A DNA stretch of 63,767 nt, counting the filler, from Octopus bimaculoides (lineage: Eukaryota), in assembly GCF_001194135.2 (NCBI RefSeq). It is 10 parts of 9 records of this genome, joined end to end, with 100 filler letters (N's around TTAATTAATTAA, not from the genome) between each part and the next. Parts side by side here need not be neighbours in the genome. Positions count along the whole stretch, not along the records: positions 1 to 18,374 come from NC_069000.1; positions 18,475 to 26,360 come from NC_069010.1; positions 26,461 to 34,063 come from NW_026390700.1; 7 more parts are not named here. One strand, 5' to 3'. The notes below the pieces were generated by a model. It ran no database searches. It was given only the letters and a program-made list of their open reading frames with translations, and was not told the DNA's origin. Shown here piece after piece: positions 16,190 to 26,718 of this stretch. Made by a program: the position numbers and the translations under genes. How positions within the stretch are numbered: the first letter of the stretch is position 1; every line of letters starts with the position of its first letter.

Positions 16190-17112
16190 NNNNNNNNNNN
16201 NNNNNNNNNNNNNNNNNNNNNNNNNNNNNNNNNNNNNNNNNNNNNNNNNNNNNNNNNNNNNNNNNNNNNNNNNNNNNNNNNNNNNNNNNNNNNNNNNNNN
16301 NNNNNNNNNNNNNNNNNNNNNNNNNNNNNNNNNNNNNNNNNNNNNNNNNNNNNNNNNNNNNNNNNNNNNNNNNNNNNNNNNNNNNNNNNNNNNNNNNNNN
16401 NNNNNNNNNNNNNNNNNNNNNNNNNNNNNNNNNNNNNNNNNNNNNNNNNNNNNNNNNNNNNNNNNNNNNNNNNNNNNNNNNNNNNNNNNNNNNNNNNNNN
16501 NNNNNNNNTATATATATATATATATATATTACACTGACTGGATATATGAGATATATGCAGAGTAAAGCATGAAATAAAAGCGGTGGACAAGAGAAGCATT
16601 AATAAATAAGTATGGAATCATTAAATAGGTAATACGGGGAAATGTACGATAAAAAAAGACAAGATTCTTTCCGGAATCATAAGGACACATTAGGCTAGTT
16701 ACTTGAATTCCATGTCGCATATATTCTGCTCTGGACGGGACACCAGTCCGTCGAAGGATTACTCATTTTTGACAGCTGAATAGACTGGTGCAACATAAAA
16801 TGAAGTATATTTTCTTAAGATAACAAAGAATCGCCAGGAATCGAACACACGATCTTATGAGCATGAGTGCAATATCATAAACATCAGGACATGCGTCTCC
16901 GCACAAATATACAACAACTGGTAAAATAAGTTGAAAATAGAAAAATAAAATTGTTAAGCTCTGTACCCCAGCATGACTACAGTCTAATGGCGGAGACAGA
17001 TAAAACAGTATATATTTACACCCCCCCCCTACACATATATATTATATAGAGAGATTGATTGATAGATATAGATATTTATACGTGTACTGAACGCACACTC
17101 ATGCACATACAT

Positions 17113-17149
<37 letters not shown>

Positions 17150-17415
17150 CATAAACACACGCAAACGCACCCACATGAACACAAGCATACACTCGCAGAT
17201 GCGTATATACAGCGGGCTTCTTTTAGTTTCCATCTACCAAGACCACTCACAAACTTTTGGTCTGCTCGAGGCTATAGTAGAAGGTAAGTATGTGGTTGGG
17301 AATCAAGCTTCTTACCAGACAGTCACGTCTGCGTCTATAGAGTACATCTTGTGCGTTCAAATACATGTACGAATGCTACTACTATGCTTAATGTCTCCAT
17401 AGATCATCATGTTCC

Positions 17416-17616
17416 ACTGTGCTTCCAGTAGAGTGATTAAGTAATTAATTTACTTGGTATTATTACTAGTTATAAAATACAGAGCAAATGTAGAAAAAAT
17501 GAAGTTAAACACGAGTTCATTTTTTCCTACATTTGCTCTGTATTTTATAACTAGTAATAATACCAAGTAAATTAATTACTTAATCACTCTACTGGAAGCA
17601 CAGTTAAACACGAGTT
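17416..17616. repeat. Near-perfect 88-bp inverted duplication with duplicated spacer
   Basis: Arm 17416-17503 vs 17516-17604 differ by one 1-nt indel; GTTAAACACGAGTT occurs at 17504-17517 and again at 17603-17616. Confidence 0.95.
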
Positions 17617-17634
17617 TGTGTGATTAGTTAATAC

Positions 17635-18022
17635 GCACGTTTTTTGGCACTCCGTCACTTACGACGTCGAGGGTTCCAGTTGATCCGATCAACGGAACAG
17701 CCTGCTCGTGAAATTAACGCGCAAGTGGGTGAACACTCCACAGACACGTGTACCCTTAATGTAGTTCTCGGGGATATTCAGCGTGACAGTGTGACAAGGC
17801 TGACACTTTGAATTACAGCCACAACAGAAACAGGAAGTAAGAGCGAGAGAAAGTTGTGGTGGAAGAGTACAGCAGGGTTCGCCACCATCCCCTGCCGGAG
17901 CCTCGTGGAGCTTTAGGTGTTTTCGCTCAATAAACATTCACAGCGCCCGGTCTGGAAATCGAAACCGCGATCCTATGACCGCGAGTCCGCTGCCCTAACC
18001 ACTGGGCCATTGCGCCTCCACA
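17635..18022 (-). mobile_element. Full-length tRNA-derived SINE (family B)
   Basis: Minus strand begins GTGGAGGCGCAATGGCCCAGTGGTTAGGGCAGCGGACTC...GGTTTCGATTTCCAGACC (A/B boxes); body matches 1565-1905. Confidence 0.9.
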
Positions 18023-18217
18023 CTACGTACGTAGGAAACAGTTAAACGTATAAACTACGGTGATTAGTTATCTGTGACTTAATGTAATAAAGCGTTCGCT
18101 GGTGATCTGTTCTCGTTCATTCATATGGACTTCGAAACCTAACGTATCCTTCCAAGCAACCATAATAGTGAAACGAACGTAGGAATATGATGAACTTCTG
18201 TTTATCTTACTTTCTCA

Positions 18218-18268
<51 letters not shown>

Positions 18269-18858
18269 TAATCCCTTTTGATCGACACACCGCTATTTTT
18301 CTTTTTCCTTCCCCCTCCCAAAAAGAAAAGCTCTACATTGTATCTGTCCCATCTTTGTTGAGCCCTGTGTGGCTNNNNNNNNNNNNNNNNNNNNNNNNNN
18401 NNNNNNNNNNNNNNNNNNTTAATTAATTAANNNNNNNNNNNNNNNNNNNNNNNNNNNNNNNNNNNNNNNNNNNNATATATATGTAGATTTGTAATGGCTG
18501 TTCGTCGGAGGAGAGGAATTTCACAAGAGATACACGGAAAGAAGCACTTTCTCTCTCTCTCTCTCTCTCTCTCACAGACACAGACACACAGACACATGTA
18601 CATGCATGCATCCTCCCATCAGAGATATTTTAAGAAATGTTAATTTGTTACACCCTACGCTTCTCTCTGTCTCTATCGTGTTTTCTTGTCAAGGAACAAT
18701 CAGAAAGAGAGAACGACAAAGAGCTTGAGAGAGAGGTGTAGTGAGAGATAGAGATAGCGATAGAGAGAGAGAGGTAAGGGGGGGGCTCAGTGAAACGGGG
18801 AGACACATTGCTTGGTAGACAAACAGATGAGCATAAGCAATCATATAGTGCTCACGCC

Positions 18859-18868
18859 ATGGTGTTCA
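18859..18868 (+). CDS. Candidate first coding exon (M-V-F + 1 nt) of the orphan gene
   Basis: GCCATGG Kozak context, GTAAGT donor at 18869, and phase 1 matching the CCACCAG acceptor before 22090; a TCAGT Inr-like motif lies at ~18786. Speculative. Confidence 0.3.
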
Positions 18869-18959
18869 GTAAGTAAAAAGACATTCCTTATGCTAATTAA
18901 TTTTAAGTTTTATTGATATTTGTGATAGGAATTTTATCAATCAGTTTATTGATTTTATT

Positions 18960-19120
18960 TGTTGGTGCGGTAAGGAGCTTGCTTCCCAAAGCACATGGTT
19001 CTGGGTTCAGTTCCCCTGTGTGGCACCTTGGGCAGGCAAATGTCTTCAAAACATAGCCTCGGGCTGACCAAAGCCTTGTGAGTGGATTTGGTAGACGGAA
19101 ACTGAAAGAAGCTTGTTCTA
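18960..19120 (+). mobile_element. tRNA-derived SINE (family D)
   Basis: GGTAAGGAGCTTGCTTCC...GGGTTCAGTTCC...GAGTGGATTTGGTAGACGGAAACTGAAAGAAGC. Related copies near 5155, 7600, 17200, 20070, 26170, 46300 and 61050. Confidence 0.85.
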
Positions 19121-22089
19121 TATGTTTGTGTGTGAGTGTTATTGTCTTCTTGCCTATACTTTATGTAATGGTTGTAAAGAAGTGTCACCATTGTGAAAAT
19201 GGGGTAATTTTGCCTTTCTTTGTAATAGTCGAAGGTTGGTGCCAAAGAAGGTTGTCTCCCTGTAGATAAAGTACCTCAACACATTCCATCTGACCCCTAT
19301 AACCATACNNNNNNNNNNNNNNNNNNNNNNNNNNNNNNNNNNNNNNNNNNNNNNNNNNNNNNNNNNNNNNNNNNNNNNNNNNNNNNNNNNNNNNNNNNNN
19401 NNNNNNNNNNNNNNNNNNNNNNNNNNNNNNNNNNNNNNNNNNNNNNNNNNNNNNNNNNNNNNNNNNNNNNNNNNNNNNNNNNNNNNNNNNNNNNNNNNNN
19501 NNNNNNNNNNNNNNNNNNNNNNNNNNNNNNNNNNNNNNNNNNNNNNNNNNNNNNNNNNNNNNNNNNNNNNNNNNNNNNNNNNNNNNNNNNNNNNNNNNNN
19601 NNNNNNNNNNNNNNNNNNNNNNNNNNNNNNNNNNNNNNNNNNNNNNNNNNNNNNNNNNNNNNNNNNNNNNNNNNNNNNNNNNNNNNNNNNNNNNNNNNNN
19701 NNNNNNNNNNNNNNNNNNNNNNNNNNNNNNNNNNNNNNNNNNNNNNNNNNNNNNNNNNNNNNNNNNNNNNNNNNNNNNNNNNNNNNNNNNNNNNNNNNNN
19801 NNNNNNNNNNNNNNNNNNNNNNNNNNNNNNNNNNNNNNNNNNNNNNNNNNNNNNNNNNNNNNNNNNNNNNNNNNNNNNNNNNNNNNNNNNNNNNNNNNNN
19901 NNNNNNNNNNNNNNNNNNNNNNNNNNNNNNNNNNNNNNNNNNNNNNNNNNNNNNNNNNNNNNNNNNNNNNNNNNNNNNNNNNNNNNNNNNNNNNNNNNNN
20001 NNNNNNNNNNNNNNNNNNNNNNNNNNNNNNNNNNNNNNNNNNNNNNNNNNNNNNNNNNTATATATATATACATGGTTTCAGGTTCAGTTCCACCTCAGGC
20101 AAGTGTCTTCTACTATGGAGACAGGGGTTAACCAAAGTGAGATGGAAACTGAAAGAAGCTTGTTCTATATGTTTGTGTGTGAGTGTTATTGTCTTCTTGC
20201 CTATACTTTATGTAATGGTTGTAAAGAAGTGTCACCATTGTGAAAATGGGGTAATTTTGCCTTTCTTTGTAATAGTCGAAGGTTGGTGCCAAAGAAGGTT
20301 GTCTCCCTGTAGATAAAGTACCTCAACACATTCCATCTGACCCCTATAACCATACAAAACAATGATGGTGATGATGATTAAGATATACATTCCTACATGT
20401 GTTTATATGTATGTCATCATCATCATCATCCTTAAATATTCACATTTCGTGCTGGTATAGGCTAGATGGTTTGGGAGAAGCTAGCAAGCCAGAAGACTGG
20501 TTTGGTTTGATTTTCGTGGCTGGATGCCCTTCCTTGTACCAACCACTTTACAGAGTGTACTGGATTCTTTTTACATAGCACCAGCACCAGTGAGGTCACC
20601 AAGTGACTTGTAAAGCAAGGCCCTTCGACTGAGATGGAGAGTAGTATTGGAGGGGAGGTGGTTTTCTTGCCCAGTGATAAGAAGATAAAGTATAACAGAG
20701 GGATGAGTATAATGGAGGCTGTCTTGCAGCAGAGGAGAGACATGGCTACTCCAGTTAGAAAGAAAGAGAGAGAGATGTGTTGAGTGTACCTTCAAGCTTT
20801 AGAGAGGGTACACTAAAGGAGTTCCGACGCAAAAACGTATATAATTAAATGAATGTATTTATCTTCTTCAATATATATTTCAGTATAAAGAATTCATTAA
20901 GAGACTTAATAAATCAAAATTTCTTTACACATCTTCAGGAAAAATAAATTATTAATATAACCAAAAGGATCGATTCTTGAAGAGTCTACATACCTTCACT
21001 GTTTTTTTTTTCTGCTATTTTGGTGATTATTTTTGTTGGTAGATAATTTATAATATATTGATATATACACACACACACACANNNNNNNNNNNNNNNNNNN
21101 NNNNNNNNNNNNNNNNNNNNNNNNNNNNNNNNNNNNNNNNNNNNNNNNNNNNNNNNNNNNNNNNNNNNNNNNNNNNNNNNNNNNNNNNNNNNNNNNNNNN
21201 NNNNNNNNNNNNNNNNNNNNNNNNNNNNNNNNNNNNNNNNNNNNNNNNNNNNNNNNNNNNNNNNNNNNNNNNNNNNNNNNNNNNNNNNNNNNNNNNNNNN
21301 NNNNNNNNNNNNNNNNNNNNNNNNNNNNNNNNNNNNNNNNNNNNNNNNNNNNNNNNNNNNNNNNNNNNNNNNNNNNNNNNNNNNNNNNNNNNNNNNNNNN
21401 NNNNNNNNNNNNNNNNNNNNNNNNNNNNNNNNNNNNNNNNNNNNNNNNNNNNNNNNNNNNNNNNNNNNNNNNNNNNNNNNNNNNNNNNNNNNNNNNNNNN
21501 NNNNNNNNNNNNNNNNNNNNNNNNNNNNNNNNNNNNNNNNNNNNNNNNNNNNNNNNNNNNNNNNNNNNNNNNNNNNNNNNNNNNNNNNNNNNNNNNNNNN
21601 NNNNNNNNNNNNNNNNNNNNNNNNNNNNNNNNNNNNNNNNNNNNNNNNNNNNNNNNNNNNNNNNNNNNNNNNNNNNNNNNNNNNNNNNNNNNNNNNNNNN
21701 NNNNNNNNNNNNNNNNNNNNNNNNNNNNNNNNNNNNNNNNNNNNNNNNNNNNNNNNNNNNNNNNNNNNNNNNNNNNNNNNNNNNNNNNNNNNNNNNNNNN
21801 NNNNNNNNNNNNNNNNNNNNNNNNNNNNNNNNNNNNNNNNNNNNNNNNNNNNNNNNNNNNNNNNNNNNNNNNNNNNNNNNNCGTCTCCATATGTGTTCCA
21901 TTTTTCACGTGAACCTCAAGACAAGAAAGAATACAATTGTCGGCCAACTTCAATTTATATTATAGATATATATATATATATATATACATACATAGATATA
22001 TTTATATTAATTTCATTCTTTTCTTTTCAAAAAAAAATTCCCTAAACAAAATGGTCATAAACAACAACCAATTCTTCTTCTGCCACCAG

Positions 22090-22442
22090 TTATAATTCAG
22101 TGCTCCCTACAAGCTCAGAGCAATGCAAAGCCAAAGCCAAAGCCAAAATCTAAATCTGGGAAACCTGGAAATTCAGAACCAGAAAAGCCTACAAAGAAAG
22201 ATCATGGGGCCGAATCTCCAAAGAAACCAGAAGCTATCACACAACCTCGTGCTAATTTTCTATTGATGGCACTGGATTGGTTAAAGAACAATGTAGTCAT
22301 CTCTGACGATACTATGAAGAAGACCTGGAATACGTTTACCGATATTCTTAAGGAAGATAAAATAATGCAAAATGACAACTGGCAACAACAACTAATATTT
22401 CTTATTTCGCAGAATGCTCACCTTACTGATTTTGTTCACAAT
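22090..22442 (+). CDS. Orphan gene exon A (Lys/Pro-rich linker plus helical-looking domain)
   Basis: Frame open from 22011 to the GTAAGT donor at 22443 (phase 0): IIQCSLQAQSNAKPKPKPKSKSGKPGNSEPEKPTKKDHGAESPKKPEAITQPRANFLLMALDWLKNNVV...HLTDFVHN. The 5' boundary is uncertain (AG at 22088-89 or 22099-100). Confidence 0.7.
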
Positions 22443-22479
22443 GTAAGTATCACTATACTCTACACTCTCACTCTATTGC

Positions 22480-22957
22480 CTACACTCAACCTCCCACTCC
22501 ACTTAACCCCCCACTCCTCTTGACCTCCCGCTCCACTCAGCTTCACACTCCATTCAACCTCACTCACCTCACAGTGCACCCAACCCACACTTCACTCGGT
22601 CCCACACTCTGCTCGATCCCGCACTCCACTTGGCTCCCCCACTCCGTTCGGTCCCACATGCCACTCGATCCTACACTCAACTCGATCCTGCACTCCTCTC
22701 AGTCCCACACTCCACTCTATCCCTATACTCAACTCGATCCCGCACTCCATTCAGTCCCATACTCCACTTGACCCACACACNNNNNNNNNNCGTTCGGTCC
22801 CACATGCCACTCGATCCTACACTCAACTCGATCCTGCACTCCTCTCAGTCCCACACTCCACTCTATCCCTATACTCAACTCGATCCCGCACTCCATTCAG
22901 TCCCATACTCCACTTGACCCACACACTCCACCCTAACCCTAACCCTAACCCTAACCC
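22480..22957. repeat. C-rich minisatellite ending in (CCCTAA)4
   Basis: CCCACACTC/ACTCGATCC variant units; four telomere-type hexamers at 22931-22954. Confidence 0.85.
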
Positions 22958-23134
22958 AACATTCCACTCAACCTGTGTCACACTGAATCTCCCCGAGAAC
23001 TACGTTAAGAGTACAAGTGTCTGTGGAGTGCTCGGCCACTTGCATGTTAATTTTATGAGTAGGCTGTTCCATTGATCGGATCAACTGGATCACTTGTCGC
23101 CATGACCAACATCGTGAGAGTCAGCACCAGTGTT

Positions 23135-23565
23135 AGTTACACATCAACATTTCAGCTGGTATACCCTCCAGCCTTCATCAGGTGTCTTGTGGAAATTTCG
23201 AACCTGGGTTCTCATTCCTGAGGTATTTTTCGACGTTATTATTATTATTCAGGTCACTACCTGGAATCGAACTCATAATCTTGGAGTTAGTAGCTTGCGC
23301 TCTTAACCACTACGCCATATGCCCATGGGCATAGTGGTTAAGAGCATAGGCTACTAACCCCAAGATTCCGAGTTCGAATCTAGGCAGTGACCTGAATAAT
23401 AATAATTATAATAATAACAACAACATCGAAAAATACCCTAGGAATGAGAACCCACGTCCGAAATTTCCCCAAGACACCTGATGAAGGCTGGAGGGTATAT
23501 CAGCCGAAATGTTGCGTTAACAACAAACAAGATGAGGACAAATATCCGTCAATTGTAAATAATGT
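23135..23565. mobile_element. Head-to-head palindromic tRNA-headed SINE pair with hammerhead-like 3' parts
   Basis: Centre TATGCCCATGGGCATA (23318-23333). Each arm has an A box (TAGTGGTTAAGAGC), a B box (GAGTTCGAWTC), an (AAT)n tract, then CTGATGA-A-GGCTG..CAGCY-GAAA. Confidence 0.85.
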
Positions 23566-23676
23566 ATATATAAACTATATTTTCTATACACTCTGCTGTC
23601 CTTCACACTATGTATAAATATACTATGTTTTCTCTATGCTCTGCTATTCTGTACCCTCTTATTCTATATACCCTAG

Positions 23677-23833
23677 CTAAACAAGATGCTACATATCTAC
23701 CCTTGGTTGTTCAATGGATTAGCAATGAACCTACCTAACTACACAGTTGAACATTTCAAGCACTGGTTACATATGTCTACATCACAACTACCCTACCTGG
23801 GTTACCAGCCAGGACATGGATTGCAGCACCCTT
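23677..23833 (+). CDS. Orphan gene exon B
   Basis: Pyrimidine tract plus TAG acceptor and GTAAGT donor; phase 0 to 1; LNKMLHIYPWLFNGLAMNLPNYTVEHFKHWLHMSTSQLPYLGYQPGHGLQHP. Confidence 0.75.
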
Positions 23834-23994
23834 GTAAGTATCTACACCAGCGGTTCTCAATATTAGGGCTACCAACCCTTAAGGGGAGCATTAGGTATGT
23901 TAAAGAGGGCATTAGGCTTGAGTAGGGAATTAAAGGAACAGTGAGGTAATATAATTAATATTACTAAATTTTACCTGTTATAGTAAGTATACTC

Positions 23995-24380
23995 TCACTC
24001 GATACTCAACACTCTCACTTGACACTCAGCATTCATTTGACATTCAACACTCTCACTCAACACTCAGCCTTCATTTGACATTCAACACTCTCACTCAACA
24101 CTATATTTTCAATTTACACTCAACATTCTCACTTGACACTCAACACTCATTTCACAGTCAACACTCACTTGACATTCAACACTCTCACTCAACACTCAGC
24201 NNNNNNNNNNTTTGACATTCAACACTCTCACTCAACACTCAGCCTTCATTTGACATTCAACACTCTCACTCAACACTATATTTTCAATTTACACTCAACA
24301 TTCTCACTTGACACTCAACACTCATTTCACAGTCAACACTCACCTGACATTCAACACTCTCACTCAACACCCTCACTTCA
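23995..24380. repeat. CAACACTCTCACT-type minisatellite
   Basis: Direct reading; partly duplicated across a 10-N gap. Confidence 0.85.
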
Positions 24381-24553
24381 CACAATAACAGCCTTGACTA
24401 AACTACTTTAAAACAAACCAAAACAACCTTGGACAGTGAGGATTCTGTCTCCTGGGTCACTGACCAATAATGTTATTGGTCACTGACTCTCTCCTTGACT
24501 CTGTTATATACATGCCATCTCTGTATCTCTCTCTCTCTCTCTTTCTGTTGCAG

Positions 24554-24652
24554 ACCACCCTGGAGTATACAACCAAATGTACCAGATGCCACACAACTAC
24601 AAAATGTCTCCACATCTCTTCCACCAGAGTACCCATCACTTGAATCCAGGAA
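24554..24652 (+). CDS. Orphan gene exon C (His/Tyr/Pro/Gln-rich)
   Basis: (CT)n TTTCTGTTGCAG acceptor and GTATGT donor; 99 nt, phase 1 to 1; (Y)HPGVYNQMYQMPHNYKMSPHLFHQSTHHLNPG. Confidence 0.75.
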
Positions 24653-24795
24653 GTATGTGTAACAGTATCTATTGAGAGGGGGGATGCATGTGGCTTAGGG
24701 TCAAGGGTGTTGCATTCATGATCACAAGGTTGCGGTTTCAATTCCTGGATCAAGCAATACATTGTTTTCTTGAGAAAAAACACTTCATTTCACTA

Positions 24796-25374
24796 AAGAT
24801 TATTTGCCAACATAACATGACAGTCCTGTTTTAGGATTAATGTTGCTGTAATTTAGTCCCAGGAGACACCATCTCCAGCTGGCTATGCCAGGGGTTTTCA
24901 AACTTTTTGACTTGCGGACCCCTTTATAGTTCAGGTTTTACCTTAGGGACCCCCTTATAAACGCTTATGAAATTTATACATAAATATTTGCTTAAAATAA
25001 CATATATTTTTACATTTATTTATTTAACAGTATTTAACAAAATAGGTTTATTGTCAATTAAAAGATTTCGATTAAAAAAACATATATAAAATCAAATTGC
25101 CCATAAAAAGTATTTGCTGTCCATGGGCCCCCTGTCTTGTCCTTGCGGACCCCCTGTGGTCTGCGGACCACAGTTTGAAACCCCTGGGCTATGCGACANN
25201 NNNNNNNNNNNNNNNNNNNNNNNNNNNNNNNNNNNNNNNNNNNNNNNNNNNNNNNNNNNNNNNNNNNNNNNNNNNNNNNNNNNNNNNNNNNNNNNNNNNN
25301 NNGTCTCCTGGGGCTAAATTACAGCAACATTCGTCCTAAACCAGGACTGCCATGTTATGTTGGCAAACAATCTT
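24796..25374. mobile_element. TA-flanked MITE with long (~75 bp) terminal inverted repeats
   Basis: AAGATTATTTGCCAACATAACATG...CCCAGGAGAC is mirrored at 25303-25374; TA on both flanks. Confidence 0.75.
24889..25186. mobile_element. hAT-type MITE nested in the previous element
   Basis: TIRs CAGGGGTTTTCAAACT / AGTTTGAAACCCCTG; exact 8-bp target-site duplication GGCTATGC (24881-88 and 25187-94). Confidence 0.92.
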
Positions 25375-25544
25375 TACTACAAAGTACTGTTGCTGAATGT
25401 CTCACGTTGTGAGATTTAGAAAACAGTAGTTTTCTGCTTCATTTCACTGATGTAGAAAATAGCTGTCCCACTGAATAAAAAATCTAATGTCTGCAATCGA
25501 GGCAGTATTTAATTCAAAATAATTATCTATGCCTCATCAGATGT

Positions 25545-25775
25545 CATCATTCATTGTTATCATCACCACCACCAGCACCACCACCACCACCAGCATCATC
25601 ATCATAATTATAACCATCAGCATCAACATCGCCATGATTATAACCATCATCATTAAAATCAACTTTGTAATCATTACCACCACCATCATCATCATCGTCA
25701 TCATCATCGTTGTCATCATCATCGTTGTCATCATCATCATCCTCATCAAGCTCCTCCTCATCACCATCATCATTG
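25545..25775. repeat. Degenerate (CAT/CAC)n trinucleotide tract
   Basis: Direct reading. Confidence 0.9.
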
Positions 25776-25918
25776 TCTTTTCCCCACATTTTCCCATTTA
25801 CATTCCTTAATTGCCACTGTTAACGATATAATTTCTAAATTAAAGATTAATTCATAATGAAACTAATAACACTCACTTAACATCTCTCTCTCTCTCTCTC
25901 TTTTCTCTCTTTCACAAG

Positions 25919-26085
25919 TGACCAACAGTGGCTTCTCCAACATCAACGGCTGCCCAGTGGTCAATGTGACCTTTAACCTCCAAATCAATAGCAAAGGTCA
26001 CTGTTGGACCTCAGTAACAGCCCCACAGCAAAGTCTAAAGAATTTCTTCATTTTGGCCGCTTACCAAAACAAATGCTTCAAGTAA
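25919..26085 (+). CDS. Orphan gene exon D (probable terminal coding exon)
   Basis: (CT)n...TTTCACAAG acceptor; the phase-1 join gives (M)TNSGFSNINGCPVVNVTFNLQINSKGHCWTSVTAPQQSLKNFFILAAYQNKCFK*. TAA at 26083-85 overlaps a GTAAGT at 26082. Confidence 0.72.
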
Positions 26086-26460
26086 GTGAATGTTGTTGTT
26101 GTTTGACCTCCTCACACCAGATCACACCTGGTCAAGTAGATCTAGGATTGAAAGCGTTCCAGATATAACCATCCACATGGTTCCAGGTTCAGTCCTACCA
26201 CAACATGGGACTGAACCCCAAGCCACACCAACTCCAAAACTGTATATTATATATATATATATATATATATGAGTGGATTTGGTAGACAGAAACTGAAAGA
26301 AGTCCATTGTATATATACATACATACATACATATATATATATGTATATATATATATATATNNNNNNNNNNNNNNNNNNNNNNNNNNNNNNNNNNNNNNNN
26401 NNNNTTAATTAATTAANNNNNNNNNNNNNNNNNNNNNNNNNNNNNNNNNNNNNNNNNNNN

Positions 26461-26655
26461 TCGTGTATCACCTGGTTCGTAATACGGGTGACTAGGCTAT
26501 AGCCAACACTGCCAGATATTTTGAGCATCTCTGCAGTGATTCCTGATGGGCCGGGGGCTTTCCCGGTCTTCATACTCTTAATTGCTTTATCTACCCTGGT
26601 ACTATCAACTCGGATAGCTGGTCCCTCTATTGGGTCGACATAAGGCAGGCTCTCT
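26461..26655 (-). mobile_element. RTE-clade LINE ORF fragment
   Basis: VDKAIKSMKTGKAPGPSGITAEMLK, the typical motif upstream of the LINE RT domain. Confidence 0.85.
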
Positions 26656-26679
26656 TTCTCCCATTCATTCTCTTTATAC

Positions 26680-26718
<39 letters not shown>

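Noticed and set aside
18419-18430. TTAATTAATTAA islands between ~50-N runs (also ~26405, 34108, 43766, 46950, 50153, 53412, 57170, 62631)
   Set aside because: Identical 12-mer with stops in all six frames and the same N padding each time; an assembly join spacer, not biology.
22051-22095. ATG at 22051 as the start of the orphan gene
   Set aside because: Out of frame and stops after 14 codons; it would need an unobserved indel.
22641-22930. Exact ~140-bp duplication across a 10-N gap (likewise 24025-24340)
   Set aside because: Typical unmerged contig overlap in a repeat.
23326-23395. tRNA-like sequences here and at other SINE heads
   Set aside because: No complete acceptor stem; they continue into SINE bodies, so they are not tRNA genes.
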